From contig CM120640.1 of assembly GCA_051362555.1 (NCBI GenBank), forward strand, positions 19,530,001-19,594,000: a stretch of 64,000 nucleotides of DNA, written 5' to 3'. Positions 26,991 through 39,655 of this stretch are shown here, in pieces; position 1 is the stretch's first letter, and each line of letters begins with the position of its first letter. The notes beneath the pieces were generated by a model that ran no database searches, had not been told where the DNA came from, and saw nothing but the letters and a program-made list of their open reading frames with translations. A program made the translations under genes and the position numbers. The stretch comes from Lingula anatina (lineage: Eukaryota > Animalia > Brachiopoda).

Positions 26991-27780
26991 AGGTCAAAAT
27001 AAATTTAGTTTCGTACATCTTTTAACGGTTTGCAAAGCTGAGAAAATTCCGATAAAAATTGTTTTATTGATTAGTCCCACTCTAAGAAGATATCCAGTTC
27101 ATGTGATGGCAAATAGAAAATAATATCACCAGAAGTGCACCCTAACTAAAGAAAGCGTTCTTTCACATGGTGATCACGCCCTTTGAATGCGGTTGTTGAG
27201 ATTTTACCACATCTAAAACATTTTGCTAGTATTTTATGCTGTCATGATGTTCCACAAATGCAATGAAATGGAGGTGTAGTGAGCTCGTGCAGACACTCCC
27301 CCCCCCCTCCCCCCCCCCCCCCCAACACACACATACACAAGTTGTTTATTTTGCTTTTATTTTGCCTCTATTTTGTGATTTCCCAAGCATTATCTTAAAT
27401 CTTACCTCGGCCTAGGCCAAGCGAACAAAATATCATTTATAATAAGAAAGAAAATTGTTAATTCGTAATTAGGAGAAAATTGCCTTGTTTCAAGGAAAAT
27501 TCTATTTCGAGGGAAAATCCCGGATATAACATCTTTTAAGAAGGGGTCGGAGACCATAGGGAATTTCTTTCGTTTGGAATTTTTTGCGTCAACATCTGAC
27601 AGTAGGCCTATTGACATCTAAAATAGATAGGCCCTATTTCATTATGATGCATGGGCAAATGATATATCGGCAAATTTTTTAACTATGGTAATTAACGTTG
27701 TAGTTTCTTTTCTACAATGAAATTAATAAAACGTTCTTATAGATGTCATACATGTAATCCTTCTTCTCGTAGGCCTATAC

Positions 27781-28014
27781 CTGTGGCGAATTTAGGGATG
27801 GGTCAAGAGGGTCCTGACCCCCCCACCCCCCACCCCCACCCCTTCGATTTCTGAGAAAATCACACCAATGGCCCCCTCTTGAACTTAGAATTTTGACTAG
27901 TTGAATCATAGTTCTAAACCGTACCAAATGGCACCGTTCGCCCTCTAAAATACCAGAATTTTTCGGGGCCCGCTGAAGCCCCCCCCCCTTCAAATAATCC
28001 TGGATCCGCCCCTG
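27781..28014. mobile_element. hAT-like MITE
   Basis: Termini CTGTGGCGAATTTAGG and CCTGGATCCGCCCCTG are imperfect inverted repeats with subterminal C-runs. No 8-bp target duplication retained. Confidence 0.6.
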
Positions 28015-30212
28015 TGCCTCTTTTCTTCAGCAAATATCTATCATTTCACCTTACTCGCCCTTCAAAGCAACCGTTTCCATCCATCTACGAGAGAGATGAT
28101 ATTCTTGGTGACCCGACTGAATTACTGATCTAGTGCACGTTTATTGAGTATAAAAACGTCCTTATGGGTTTTATGCGTGTTACTCAACCGGCTGATTTCC
28201 ACTAAAGAACAAAAATGTAGTGTGTGAGGTTAACCCCAAAAGAGGCTACTGTTGTATTTTCCTCTCCAGACATCCTCTTTTAATATATCGCTTTATGGCA
28301 TTTTGTAGCGTTTACTCTCTCTACACAGTACTAACCATTTTGCATTTTGGCAAGGTGAACTCCAAAGCACCCCCCTTCTTGCTATGGGTTTACAATATAT
28401 GTCATCTCAGTTTTCAGTGAAACACTTCCATTTGAACTGTAGATATTATCCTAATAATTAAAAGAAGACAAAAAACAAATTGTTGAGCTATTAACAATAG
28501 AGTTTAATTAAGCCGCATGGATAGTAGTGTCAGTCTTTTTCTTTCTTTTGTCAGCATGTCATAATTAGCTTAAATGGAAAGACGGTATGTCTAGGGTACA
28601 AAATTGGGCTTGGCTAACATACCCCAAATTTCAGGTTAGGCCCTACAGTCGTACATCTTGAGATGTAGTCACTATTAACAATGAGCTTAAACACACGTTA
28701 CTTAAATAATGATCAGCCACTCTGATAATTAAAGTATAAATCATACGGTTTAATATCGATAAAAACAAAACATTTGGTATGTATACACGGGCCAAATCGT
28801 GGACCCAGGATCGATAAATCTATTTTGCACAATAACCCAATATCTGTTAATTGGGACTTGCATGGTCTATGTTTTTCTTTTCTTTTTTTTTTTTTTTAAT
28901 AAAGGTCCACGGAGAGGTAACAAAATCTATTTGATCAGCTGTTTAGGTGTTTTTATATAGCAATGGCGGGTAGCAGTAATAAGGAATGTTTTATTAGATA
29001 ACAGAGGATATAAATTTCGTGATATTTGGATCTGTTTCTTTTGCTTTTTCGTCCCTCAATAATGTCTATTCTTCTAAAAAGTTCGATTCATGTAACGGTT
29101 GCAGGGCGCTTGCCGTTTTAGACCCTTTCGTTCTAAAATAAGAATAAAAATGAAAAAGAAAAAATTCATTTTACAAAGTACGACTCTGTGAGTTGTTTCT
29201 CTCTTTCTGGGAACGGGGCGGAGGCTAGATCTGCGATTTTGTTTTGAAAAACGGTCTTACCCCCTCCCCCTAACCCCTGGATCCATTTAGGTCTTAAACT
29301 ATGGATGGTATGGCGGGTATCAGATGTAATAAAAACTAAATGACGCTTGGAATAAATGCTTTTATTATTATTATTTCATTCTAAGAATTTCTATGTAAAA
29401 TGTAGGGAAACGTATTTCTCGAACCCTAATAAATAAACATTTGTCAGAAAACTTCTTTTCAAATCAATAAAAAATAATTGATCGCGTGTTTATCGATCAC
29501 TTAACATGAAATTGCTTTATGATATAATTGACTAGAAATGTTATCTGGTTAACTAGTTGATGGGGCACCAACGACGTTTTCTATGCATATATATAGACAA
29601 TACTGTTACTAGAGGACTACTTATTGGCGTCCCTATGTATTACAGCTGGATCCAGCACCATAGACAAGATTCAACGGATAATTTTAAACATGGATGTTTT
29701 CGCCATTGTATTTGATTTTCTGATAAATTACGAACTGCAAGTTATTATGACTCGCCTAACTACGGATAATCTACAATATACTTAAAATATGTTTTCCAAT
29801 TGCTCGTTCAACTGGAATAATAAATGCAGTAATATGAGCATATTACATAGTGTTACCTTTAATTTGTTCCCTGTCTTACATATACCTACATATACGACTA
29901 TAGTACGACTAGATTGGTTATTATGCGTAGTTGAAATGTGCGACTTGTTCATTTAGTCTTTTAAACAAACACGGGAAGTGAAATTTAAAATATCAACATC
30001 TGACACAGAAAAGTTATATAATATCAAAAATTAAACTACAATGCCCAACAGCCTTTTAAAAATCGTTAGAACTGTTAAAAATACCTCACCAGCTATATGT
30101 GAGGTTAATTCTTGGTGATTAATAAATATAAATATATTAACTATTCCATATATTACTCTGTATGTCTATCGTCATCATCATCATAATGCTGCGTATTATG
30201 CACCTATTTAAC

Positions 30213-31625
30213 TTAGATCTGATGTCTTAGATATCGTGTATTTTCACTATAAACCCATTTTTGAAATCCACTGTAGTCTTTTTCACGTTGAATAAGCCTG
30301 TCGTACATACTGACCATTGAGTCAATCGCTTCATTTTCTCCTCTCTTTAAATGAGCAAAAAACAACTGCTTTAAGAAAAAATCTCTTTCGATATTTGCAC
30401 AGCAGTGAAACACGCTGTATTTCTTTGATATATCCTTGAGATAAATTCTTTTTGCAACTGCGATGACGATTCCGACGTATACGTCGTCGAATGGCCAGAA
30501 AGGCACGACTTTTGAACTTTGATATAGCTTACAAACAGTATCCACATTAGTAATATAAGCTAAACCACCGGGAAACGTGGGATAGCGATCATCTAAGTAG
30601 TGAGTTCTATCCACATGCCATTTCTTCTTTTGGTCTCGTAACACACGCGGGTTCTTGTGTAAAAATCCGTGAATGTAATTTGGTTTGGAATTAGCAACTA
30701 CAGCTTCTACTGAAGACTGGATATATCGAATAACTTCAAATATGTCAACCATGACATCATCATCGACTTTAAGAATGTGAGCAGCCTTATCACAATTTGC
30801 GCACACCCACTGAAACCATGCCACATGCTTGAAAGTGTTGTTGAAATACGAGTCGGTAAAATTCGCAGTCAGGATGTCCCCGTATACTCCCGCTTCGTGT
30901 GTCACCTGTAAATCGTCACTGCGCGATGAAGACTGTCCAAGTACGAAGATAACCCTAAAATCTAAGTTCATTGCAGGGAGATAATCCTTGCGTCCCCATG
31001 AACGACGTATAATATTCCTCCGGTGAAAATTTGAGTGTGCTGAATGGACGATTATTACCATGAACGGTTTATTCTGAGCACACATTTCCCTGGGTTGTAA
31101 ATCGTACGTAAAAGTATCTGCATAATTGTTAGCGTTCTCCACGTGTAATTTGTCCTCTTTCAATAACTTCTTGACGGAATGCGTCCCATAGAATACAGGA
31201 AATTCAATTTCTTTTTGATTACCTGAGAAAGCAGCCGTCTTTGTCCCTACAGCAAGAACGTTGGAGCCAATATCTGCTTTCGAAGCACTTGTTGTTAACT
31301 TTTTACTCGTGTGTTTTTGTATAAGGGTCGGTTCACCTTTTTCGGTTGCTTTTATCAATTGATCTTCATTTAAACGCTTATCATTATCAATAATAAATTT
31401 ACTTGCTCTTAGAGAAGAGATTTGACCATCTGCGTTTTGAGATTCCGCGGCAAATCTATCCACTTTTTGTTCAAGTACTTTTGCGTTCCTTAATTCGTGG
31501 TTTTCTGGTTCAATCCATGCATGTATGATAAATAATGTCACAAACAGTATACCCGGGGTTGATATCAGTTTAACTATTCTCTTGCGGTGATAAATCCATC
31601 GCAGTAAACGTTTGCATGTGAACAT
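30213..31625 (-). CDS. Glycosyltransferase family 31 (beta-1,3-galactosyl/GlcNAc-transferase-like), type II Golgi membrane protein, intronless CDS
   Basis: 470-aa ORF with an N-terminal TM anchor (GILFVTLFIIHAWI), a stem, and GT31 motifs: RRNIIRRSWG, VIFVLG, EAGVYGDIL..F.DSYFNNTFK, DxD motif KVDDD, YPTFPGGLAY and FDDVYVG. Confidence 0.93.
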   Translation of the reverse strand: MFTCKRLLRWIYHRKRIVKLISTPGILFVTLFIIHAWIEPENHELRNAKVLEQKVDRFAAESQNADGQISSLRASKFIIDNDKRLNEDQLIKATEKGEPTLIQKHTSKKLTTSASKADIGSNVLAVGTKTAAFSGNQKEIEFPVFYGTHSVKKLLKEDKLHVENANNYADTFTYDLQPREMCAQNKPFMVIIVHSAHSNFHRRNIIRRSWGRKDYLPAMNLDFRVIFVLGQSSSRSDDLQVTHEAGVYGDILTANFTDSYFNNTFKHVAWFQWVCANCDKAAHILKVDDDVMVDIFEVIRYIQSSVEAVVANSKPNYIHGFLHKNPRVLRDQKKKWHVDRTHYLDDRYPTFPGGLAYITNVDTVCKLYQSSKVVPFWPFDDVYVGIVIAVAKRIYLKDISKKYSVFHCCANIERDFFLKQLFFAHLKRGENEAIDSMVSMYDRLIQREKDYSGFQKWVYSENTRYLRHQI

Positions 31626-34600
31626 AGTTCCTGTCTCTCCTTCAGATTTAAATCGGTAAAATCGTCACGGCATCTAGATATAAATGAAAAAATTTCCACT
31701 TTCCTCTGAATGACAGACTGCAACCTCGGCTGTCCTACTTTGATGGTTGCAACATAGTATCTGCACGTATCTTAGCCTTGCCCTGATGACTCTGTCGTGT
31801 CCACTCTCAGCCGTTCTATCGTCCTTTGTGTACGTCTAGACCTTCACAGTGCCTGTTACCTTAGTTTAACCATCCGATCAGCTATGTACTATCCACACCG
31901 CAGTGACGTGAGATGAAGCTGACCCGCTTGAACTGCTTCATATAGACCTACAATATAAAAATCGTTTTTATGCACGTCTTTCCGGCCGTCTAGGTTCACT
32001 GAGGACGACAATATATTACATTGCATAAGTTTGACAAAAAAGGCTAATGCCTGACCGAAACAGATTACCTGATTATGTGAATAAACCATCCATACTTCCA
32101 ATGGACCGATTGTTTTATAACAATCGAGGTTGGAATGATACCAGTATTTTAAAACTGAGTCACCACCTGACAAAAATCCTGAATGAATTAACTAGCTCTT
32201 GCCCTTAAATCAATGTCAAATAAAGAATATGCGCTGTCAAAGATTGAATCTTAAATGAATTTCTTATGCATAGAAAATCAGTTTCCAAACCAGACAGATA
32301 TTTAATTATGACATTCTGTATGCTGTTCATTTATAAACATGTTTGGGAAGCTATTATTCTCGGTAGTTCTCGAATAGGCCAACATACTTAAATAAAATGT
32401 ATGATAATTTACCCAAGCAACCAGAATCGGGCTTAAATGATCCTTGGTCACGAGATGCATTGTATATACACACACCTATATACGTCTGTTTAACAGGGGT
32501 CAAACATTTTTCCTCTCAATGAGAAAGTTGATGGACTGAGCAAAATGTCAACGTTTTAAGTAAAGTTTTAAAAGTTGAAGTAATAAGAAAACTCAAATTT
32601 TTAAAATATTTCCGTTACTCTCTCTTTCCCTCTCTTTTAACTGTACCTTTTTACTCAGAGATGTGAGTTGTAAATATGTTCAGTTGAAACTGCCGGTATT
32701 AGGCCCGGCAATCTAAAACCGAATTTCTCACAATGTAGGCTATTTTTAAAGTACAATGCGTGATGGGATCCTTTATTAACCGACTGACTGGAGCAAATAA
32801 TTTGGGTCCAGCTTGTCACAATGGAGTTGGTCAGAAATGCTAAGGACTGATAATCTAGAAAAAAATTTATATGACAAAAAATTGAAATGGAGAAATTCTT
32901 TGCAATGTTTACATGGGTCTAAATGTACGACCTCGGGTCGATACATTTATATAATATAGTCTAGAAAGCAATACAAGAACGTTGGGACTTACATCTATTT
33001 TAGATAAAATAATGGGAACATTTTTCAATATGTGACCATGGAAAAATCAGGCCCTCTGATACTCCAAATAGATACACATTCCAGGGGACACAATCACATG
33101 TATTAAACCTTCATATATTTTCAGTGGATCTACTTATACAGGGGTTTTATGCTAATTTTGAATTACTGGACCGTGGATTTCTTTCTGTAGTTAACCTTTA
33201 AGGAATTTTTGCGATTACTTTTGCTTGCCTGACCAAGGTTGGTCATAATTCTTCCACCTGTTCAAGGAGCTTACGTACACACAATGGGTCCAAGATTCTG
33301 ACAGATAAAGATTGCACAGCGATAGTAAAGCACCCAGAGACGGTGACAAGTGAAGGTCTCGCAATAACACACTGTGGTCGTCTGAAACAAAATTATATGA
33401 CATTATGCAGAACAACATTCTATACACCGTATTACTGAGGGATCCCGGGCGTCAAACTCGTAAACCTGCAATATAGGTGCGATGAACACAAACGCGGCAG
33501 ACAGGGGAGCAAATTCATGGTACCTTTGGATTGATGGAATATCAAAATGTGTTTTGTCATTATAATCTATCAAATCATTCAAAACAATAGAAAGATTCAA
33601 AATTTTTATTTGTCCATTTATTCAGACAGGTCATGGTTAACTACAGTCGTAACAGAATAGAATACACAATATATACATGATAGTATATTTACACATACAG
33701 TTCTATAATATGTCAGTCATCACACAGGTATAATTTGTTCTTCATAATTAAAATAATCATTATATAATTGATCATGCTGATCAGGTAACAAACATATAAA
33801 CAAAGCCTGTATACAACCTTTACTTGAGCACATTTTCATTTTTAATTTTGGATTTCTTTTTTAAAAGGCAATCTTCTCATCACCGCAAAACTTTCCTCCA
33901 GTCATATCTTTAATATAAAACAGCTCTTAACAAACTACTTTTGTTAATATGTTCATCTTCAAAAAGAAAACAAAAACATACAGAATAAGAAGTACAAATT
34001 TAAGTAAAATATACAGTGTACCAGTGCATATATTCACTTTATGCAAAGCACTTATCATTTACTTCTCTCCTTTAACAAACTATGTGGGTAAGTCGAGATA
34101 ACACTTGCAAATTACCTAAAAATTCACCTTTAGTACAAACAAGGTGCATGTAATATGAATCCATATTGATATTGGAATATATAAAATAAAGATATCAGTA
34201 TGATAATTATACCTAAGCTGATGAATACAATATCATCACAGTGTTAATCCTTCTCAGAATTAAATTAACAGGCTTTACCCTTTTAAATCCGCATGCTTCT
34301 AGGTTTTGAAACATTGAAAAAGAGTATTTACTTTCAAGTGCTAAAATACCAGTTTTAAAGATAAATTTCTAAGGAGTAAATCAAATATCTTAAAAATCAT
34401 CTACATTGTGTGCCCTGTCCAAAATTTATATTTGGCCAAAACAAATGCACATGAGGTATAAATGAAAGAGGGAGGATATTTCAGTTTTCACAAAAATCTA
34501 CTGAATATTCTTGCATGAGCATGATCTAGAGGCATAAAACCATTATTAATTTTGTACATTCCATTTATAAGGCAATATTAAACTTATTATCGTGTTTGAT

Positions 34601-35127
34601 ACCAGTAGGTGCTAGCAGATATGGCAAGTTGCAGGCAGCAATTTACTGTTACTTTTATTTCAGTCACAAGGAAAACTATGAAGAATCTAAGCAGTAGCCA
34701 GAGCTCGGGTGTGCCTTCAAGTTGTAATAATTCTTAAGTAACATTTGTATCTTTTTGAAAATGTACATGTAAATACATGCAAAACAACTCTTAAAACAAT
34801 ATATATATAAATGCATATTCTGTTAGGTTTACCAGCAGCACATATACATAATTTTATACTGCCTGCTACTGCCTTCAAGGTTGAGATCATACGACAAACG
34901 CAAACACAGATTATTCATCAGATCTGTCATATATATGGTAAGGCATATTCTTTAGCTACCCTGATTCTGGTTTGCACTTGTTGTGTTTTTTCTTAGTCTT
35001 ATCACTTCATTTAACTCACAGTTTTTCTTGTCTGGACGGTAGAGTCAAGTGAATTTTAAAAAACTCAGTAACCATGAAATCCATATTGATATTTGCTCTA
35101 TTATGCCTTCCCATCACAGATTTTCAC

Positions 35128-38100
35128 CTAAGAATTGCTCTTACATATCTCATTGAGTAAGTAGCAGGTTTCCATGTGATCTGATCCCACAATGTGTTCA
35201 AATTTTGGCCTGCAAAATAAAGAAAAATATATTGAGATTTTATTCATTTGAGATTGTATACAAAAGGGCATCTTTTTATTATTTCTCAAAATGTAGAAGG
35301 GCTTTAATAAAGAATGACTTTTTTCTTGTTATCGGTATTAACTTGTAACAGAAAAATAACACAGGCTAAATGCATACAAATTAGATGCTTTTAAATAGAA
35401 AATGCTCTTTAATCTTTATCAATACTGAATTCTTTCACACTTCCAAGAATTAATAAAATAGAAATCCTTCAACCTATGTCAAGTTTCCTTTTATATTCTT
35501 TTCAGACTTACCCAAATCCCTCCTCATCTATGCCTTCCATTTCACAGAAATTCTTGACTTCCTCAAATTTGTTTTTCCCCAAAGCCTGCATGCAGTGCCT
35601 GAAATGATCAATTACAAAACTTTTTAATGGTGTATTTTTTTTATAAAATACAAAATGTGAACATTTATATTTGGAGTAAATAACTGTCAAGAACTTTATT
35701 TCTAAAAATCATCTATTTTATCTAATATATGTGGAAGTTTAGTTTTACTTTTCTTAGTGATGAAGGTAACTATTTGAAACATATTCATTATCCCAAAGGT
35801 TTTAGTTCATAGTTTAACTGCACAATTACTAGTAGAGTATTTTTGTGCCTCATTTCATTTTCATGGCTAGATTTTAGTCAAAGAAGTATTTTTTAATTTA
35901 ATTTTTCAATATCATATACATAATATTCAATCAACTTACTCTCTAATAAAATGTCTGCAGGATGATGATCCATCTCCATGTTCATCTACAATCATCTCAT
36001 CACTTCCTGCTGGGAGTTCGTTAGCTTCCTTAGCAGATGCCAACAGGTTATCAAGGTCCTGAAATAAGTTGTTTTAAATGTATCATGTAAATGAGTTTTA
36101 ACAAACAGAACGAGTGAATAAAAATAAACAATTGAGTTAGCACTAGAATGATGCAAATTCTGGGAGGATTTGCGAAAAACAAGATATTATTTTGTGAACT
36201 TTGGATAAAAGTTTAAGAAGTAAGCTTTCTACTGCAACTGTAGTCTTATCCACAGTAAGTACAGGTAAAGGATATTTAGTAAGTAAAGGATAACATTTGA
36301 TAAAACTCTTTTTGTGTAAATTGAACATACAGTTTCAATAATTCATATAGTTAGGCGATTGAAAGTATCAAGTTCACATACCCCTTCTGTATAATCTTCA
36401 AAATCATCATCATAGTCATCTTCCTGGGCTGAGTCAGAATTCTCACTATCTTCAACTTCTGGCAGTTCCTCTGGAATTTCTGTAAAAGAGAAGATAAGTT
36501 TTTGTACACAGGAATTTTAACATGTACTAGATGTATAACTTCATCCAAATTTACAGCAAACTTTACTTAACTAGCTCTACTTCTTGATGTGTGAGATCAC
36601 TTTACTGAAGCCACAAAAAGCAAGTTTACATTTCTTACTGCTTTCTATTAGTCTTTACTTTAATCTTAAGTGTTCCTTTAAAATAATTACTGCTGGCTTT
36701 TCATATTTTCAATCATATGTATCAAATAGCCACATTCTTATAAATAGACTTAACATAATATCAAACCATAAAAGTAAGCCCAATCCCAAACTTAAGACAC
36801 ACACATTCAAAAATGAAATAAAATATCTATATCTGCCCTAAATAATTTGGAAAATCTTTTAACCACAATTAAGTTAGCACATATAAGATTTACTACTGGG
36901 TAAATCACAAGAGCAACATGTACCAGTATGCATTTACATCTAACAACCACACTTTGTGAAATATAAGTTTTGTAATTGTGATCAACACAGGGAATGAAAG
37001 ATGGTGAAAACTGTTTTGGAGAAGTTTGAATACTTTTTTTTTTCTAAAATTGACAGCTAACATCAAATTTTGCCATAGGAAAGTCAACATGCATACACAC
37101 GTACTCACCATCCATGTTACTTAGAATCTGCTTGTAAGCTACAAGGGACAAATGGTTTTACAATGCTTCACTATTGTTATAACAAGAAGCAAGCAACATA
37201 AATTCAATATTGCACACTATATGCCATGGAAGCAACTGAACTTCTAGTTTTACATGTTATGGCAATGGAAAGCCTTTGCAATATGTAAATAACCATCATA
37301 ATGTTTACTTTGCTACTACAAATTTACCTGCATCCCTAGGCCTTCATAAACAATGTTAGATTGGCAATTTTTTGGTGATACATTATTAGTGTGTGATACT
37401 AAATTATCTACGTACATAATAACAGCTCAAGCAAGGGTACAAACCTTCTTCCACATCTGAAGCTGAATTCACTGCCTCTTCATCAAAATCATCTGAGTAG
37501 TCTGACTCCTCTCCCTCATTACTTGTTTTCACATCTGGCAGTACTTCTTCTACAATTTCACTGTCTGAGTAAATAAACAGCCGGTTAACAATCTCAGAAG
37601 ACTGAGAGACAATAAAAAACTGTCCCTGATTCTAGTGCAAGGCTCATGCGAACATATCAAATTTCATCATAGGCAAGAGATAGACTAGAGTTTGACTGAA
37701 GATGTAGATATATTTTTTCTTTCATTAAGGGTTCAAGATGCCTTTACGTTGTAAGCACAAGGTATCAAAAATGGAAACTTCAAACAACTAAATTCATCAT
37801 AATTGTCCTTCAAATTATACCTTTATTAACATCTGAAAGCACATCTACAGAAAAATCATTACTGTCTCCACTGCTCTTGACATAACTGCTGTCACAGGAA
37901 GAAGAATTGGTTGTGTCTGGGTGAGCTGTACTTGGCCTCTGCCTTCTCAGACGCGGGCCTTCTTTGGCTGGGGTGGGTTCTACTGAGAGGCTGCGGCTAA
38001 ATTGCATTAATTTGTGCATATTAATATCAGACATGTCAAATACTGATCAGGTTATAACTAACAAATACTTAAGGTCGTGTTGGAACTGGGAGTTCAGAAG

Positions 38101-39618
38101 AACCACAATGAACATTTTGATGTAGATTTTACGTCATTTTTCTAGGCAAGTCGACATTTTCAGAAGAAAAAAAAAAATCATTTTATAAAATCTTTAGGCT
38201 CCTTAGCCTGATTTTAGCTAACAGGATATATAACTTTACGTTATCAAGCACTGTAGCACACAAGTTTGTGAATGATGCTTTTATTGAAATCTACAGTTAT
38301 AAACAAAATTACATAAATTGTACAATAATATAGATTATGATACATTTAATATGAAAAAAATAACAGTAAGATGAATACAAAAATCAACAACTTACTTCAA
38401 TGGGGAGCTTTTTGGTCGACTTGAAGCACCTTTAGAAAATTGCAAGGATGTATCTTTGATGATTTTCTGCTGCAGAAGATACTCCTTCTCTTCTATAAAC
38501 TCAGATAAATGCTCTTTCACAAAATGTAGATTCAATATTGCACTAGCACTAAAAAATAAAGAAGGATAATTGCTGCCATCATCATTTTAACATCACAGAA
38601 ATAATATACATGAAACATCTTAAAATTGTTACTCAGATATTTACCATAACATTTATTTTTAACAATCAAATCAGTTTTAAATCAGATAAGCAATGCTTCA
38701 CAAGTACTAATATAAATTTTTGATAATTATTTTGGAAACGACATGACAAAAAACTTATGCTGTATATCAAAGATATTACCTTGGTCTTTCCTCTGGGGAC
38801 TTGTTTAAAATGGTTTTTACCAGATCTTTGAAAGCATCAGAATAAATATCAGGAACATCCTAGGATAAATTAACATAACTTACCAATTAAGACATACAAT
38901 TGCTTGCACAAACAATTCTGGATAATAGTAATCAAAATTACTATTGAGAAAACATCAATATAATCCTTACCATTTAGGAATCAACAAATGCAATGTAACA
39001 AATAAATATTTTTAACATAAAACAAAACTTTTAAAAACTTAACTTTTGCCAAAAGAAAAGCAAAATATATGTGCATATGCCTATATGAAGACATTTTAAA
39101 TAGACTTCTTGGGGTAAATGTAATATCACTTACTGCATACTCTCCTCTGACTATCTTATAGAACAGGCTGACCAGATTGTATGCATCAAAGGCTGGAGCT
39201 AAGGCACACATTTCATAGAGAAGGCATCCCAAGGCCTGAAATACAACACATGACAACATCATCAACAGCTAATTTTGTATGAAGTATAGTACCAAATGAC
39301 CCTCATCTCTCATTAAGTAAATGTAAGTTGAAAGGAAAAGAAAAAAAAACAGCAAAATGCATTGTACAAAGAATACACTGCTTAGTATGAGTATTTGTCT
39401 GCTAGGACTCAATTGTATTTCTACCGAAAAGACATATTTTTACACACACACACACACTCCTAAAAATTAAGATCAATATATTGGCCTACCCAGATATCTG
39501 ACTTTGAGCTGTATGGAATGTCTTGACATAGTTCTGGACTAAGGTAACATGGAGTACCAACACAAGTCATGGCCATGTCTAATGTGTTGTCCATCATTTT
39601 TGATATGCCAAAGTCACC

Positions 39619-39655
<37 letters not shown>

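Noticed and set aside
31889-32173. 94-aa ORF upstream of the glycosyltransferase
   Set aside because: Non-ATG start overlapping a splice acceptor and no recognisable motif. More likely 5'UTR or intron sequence.
37100-37340. Possible extra NEK microexons (19 nt and 8 nt with AG/GT borders)
   Set aside because: Both would break the frame or add a stop, and the flanking exons already join in phase.
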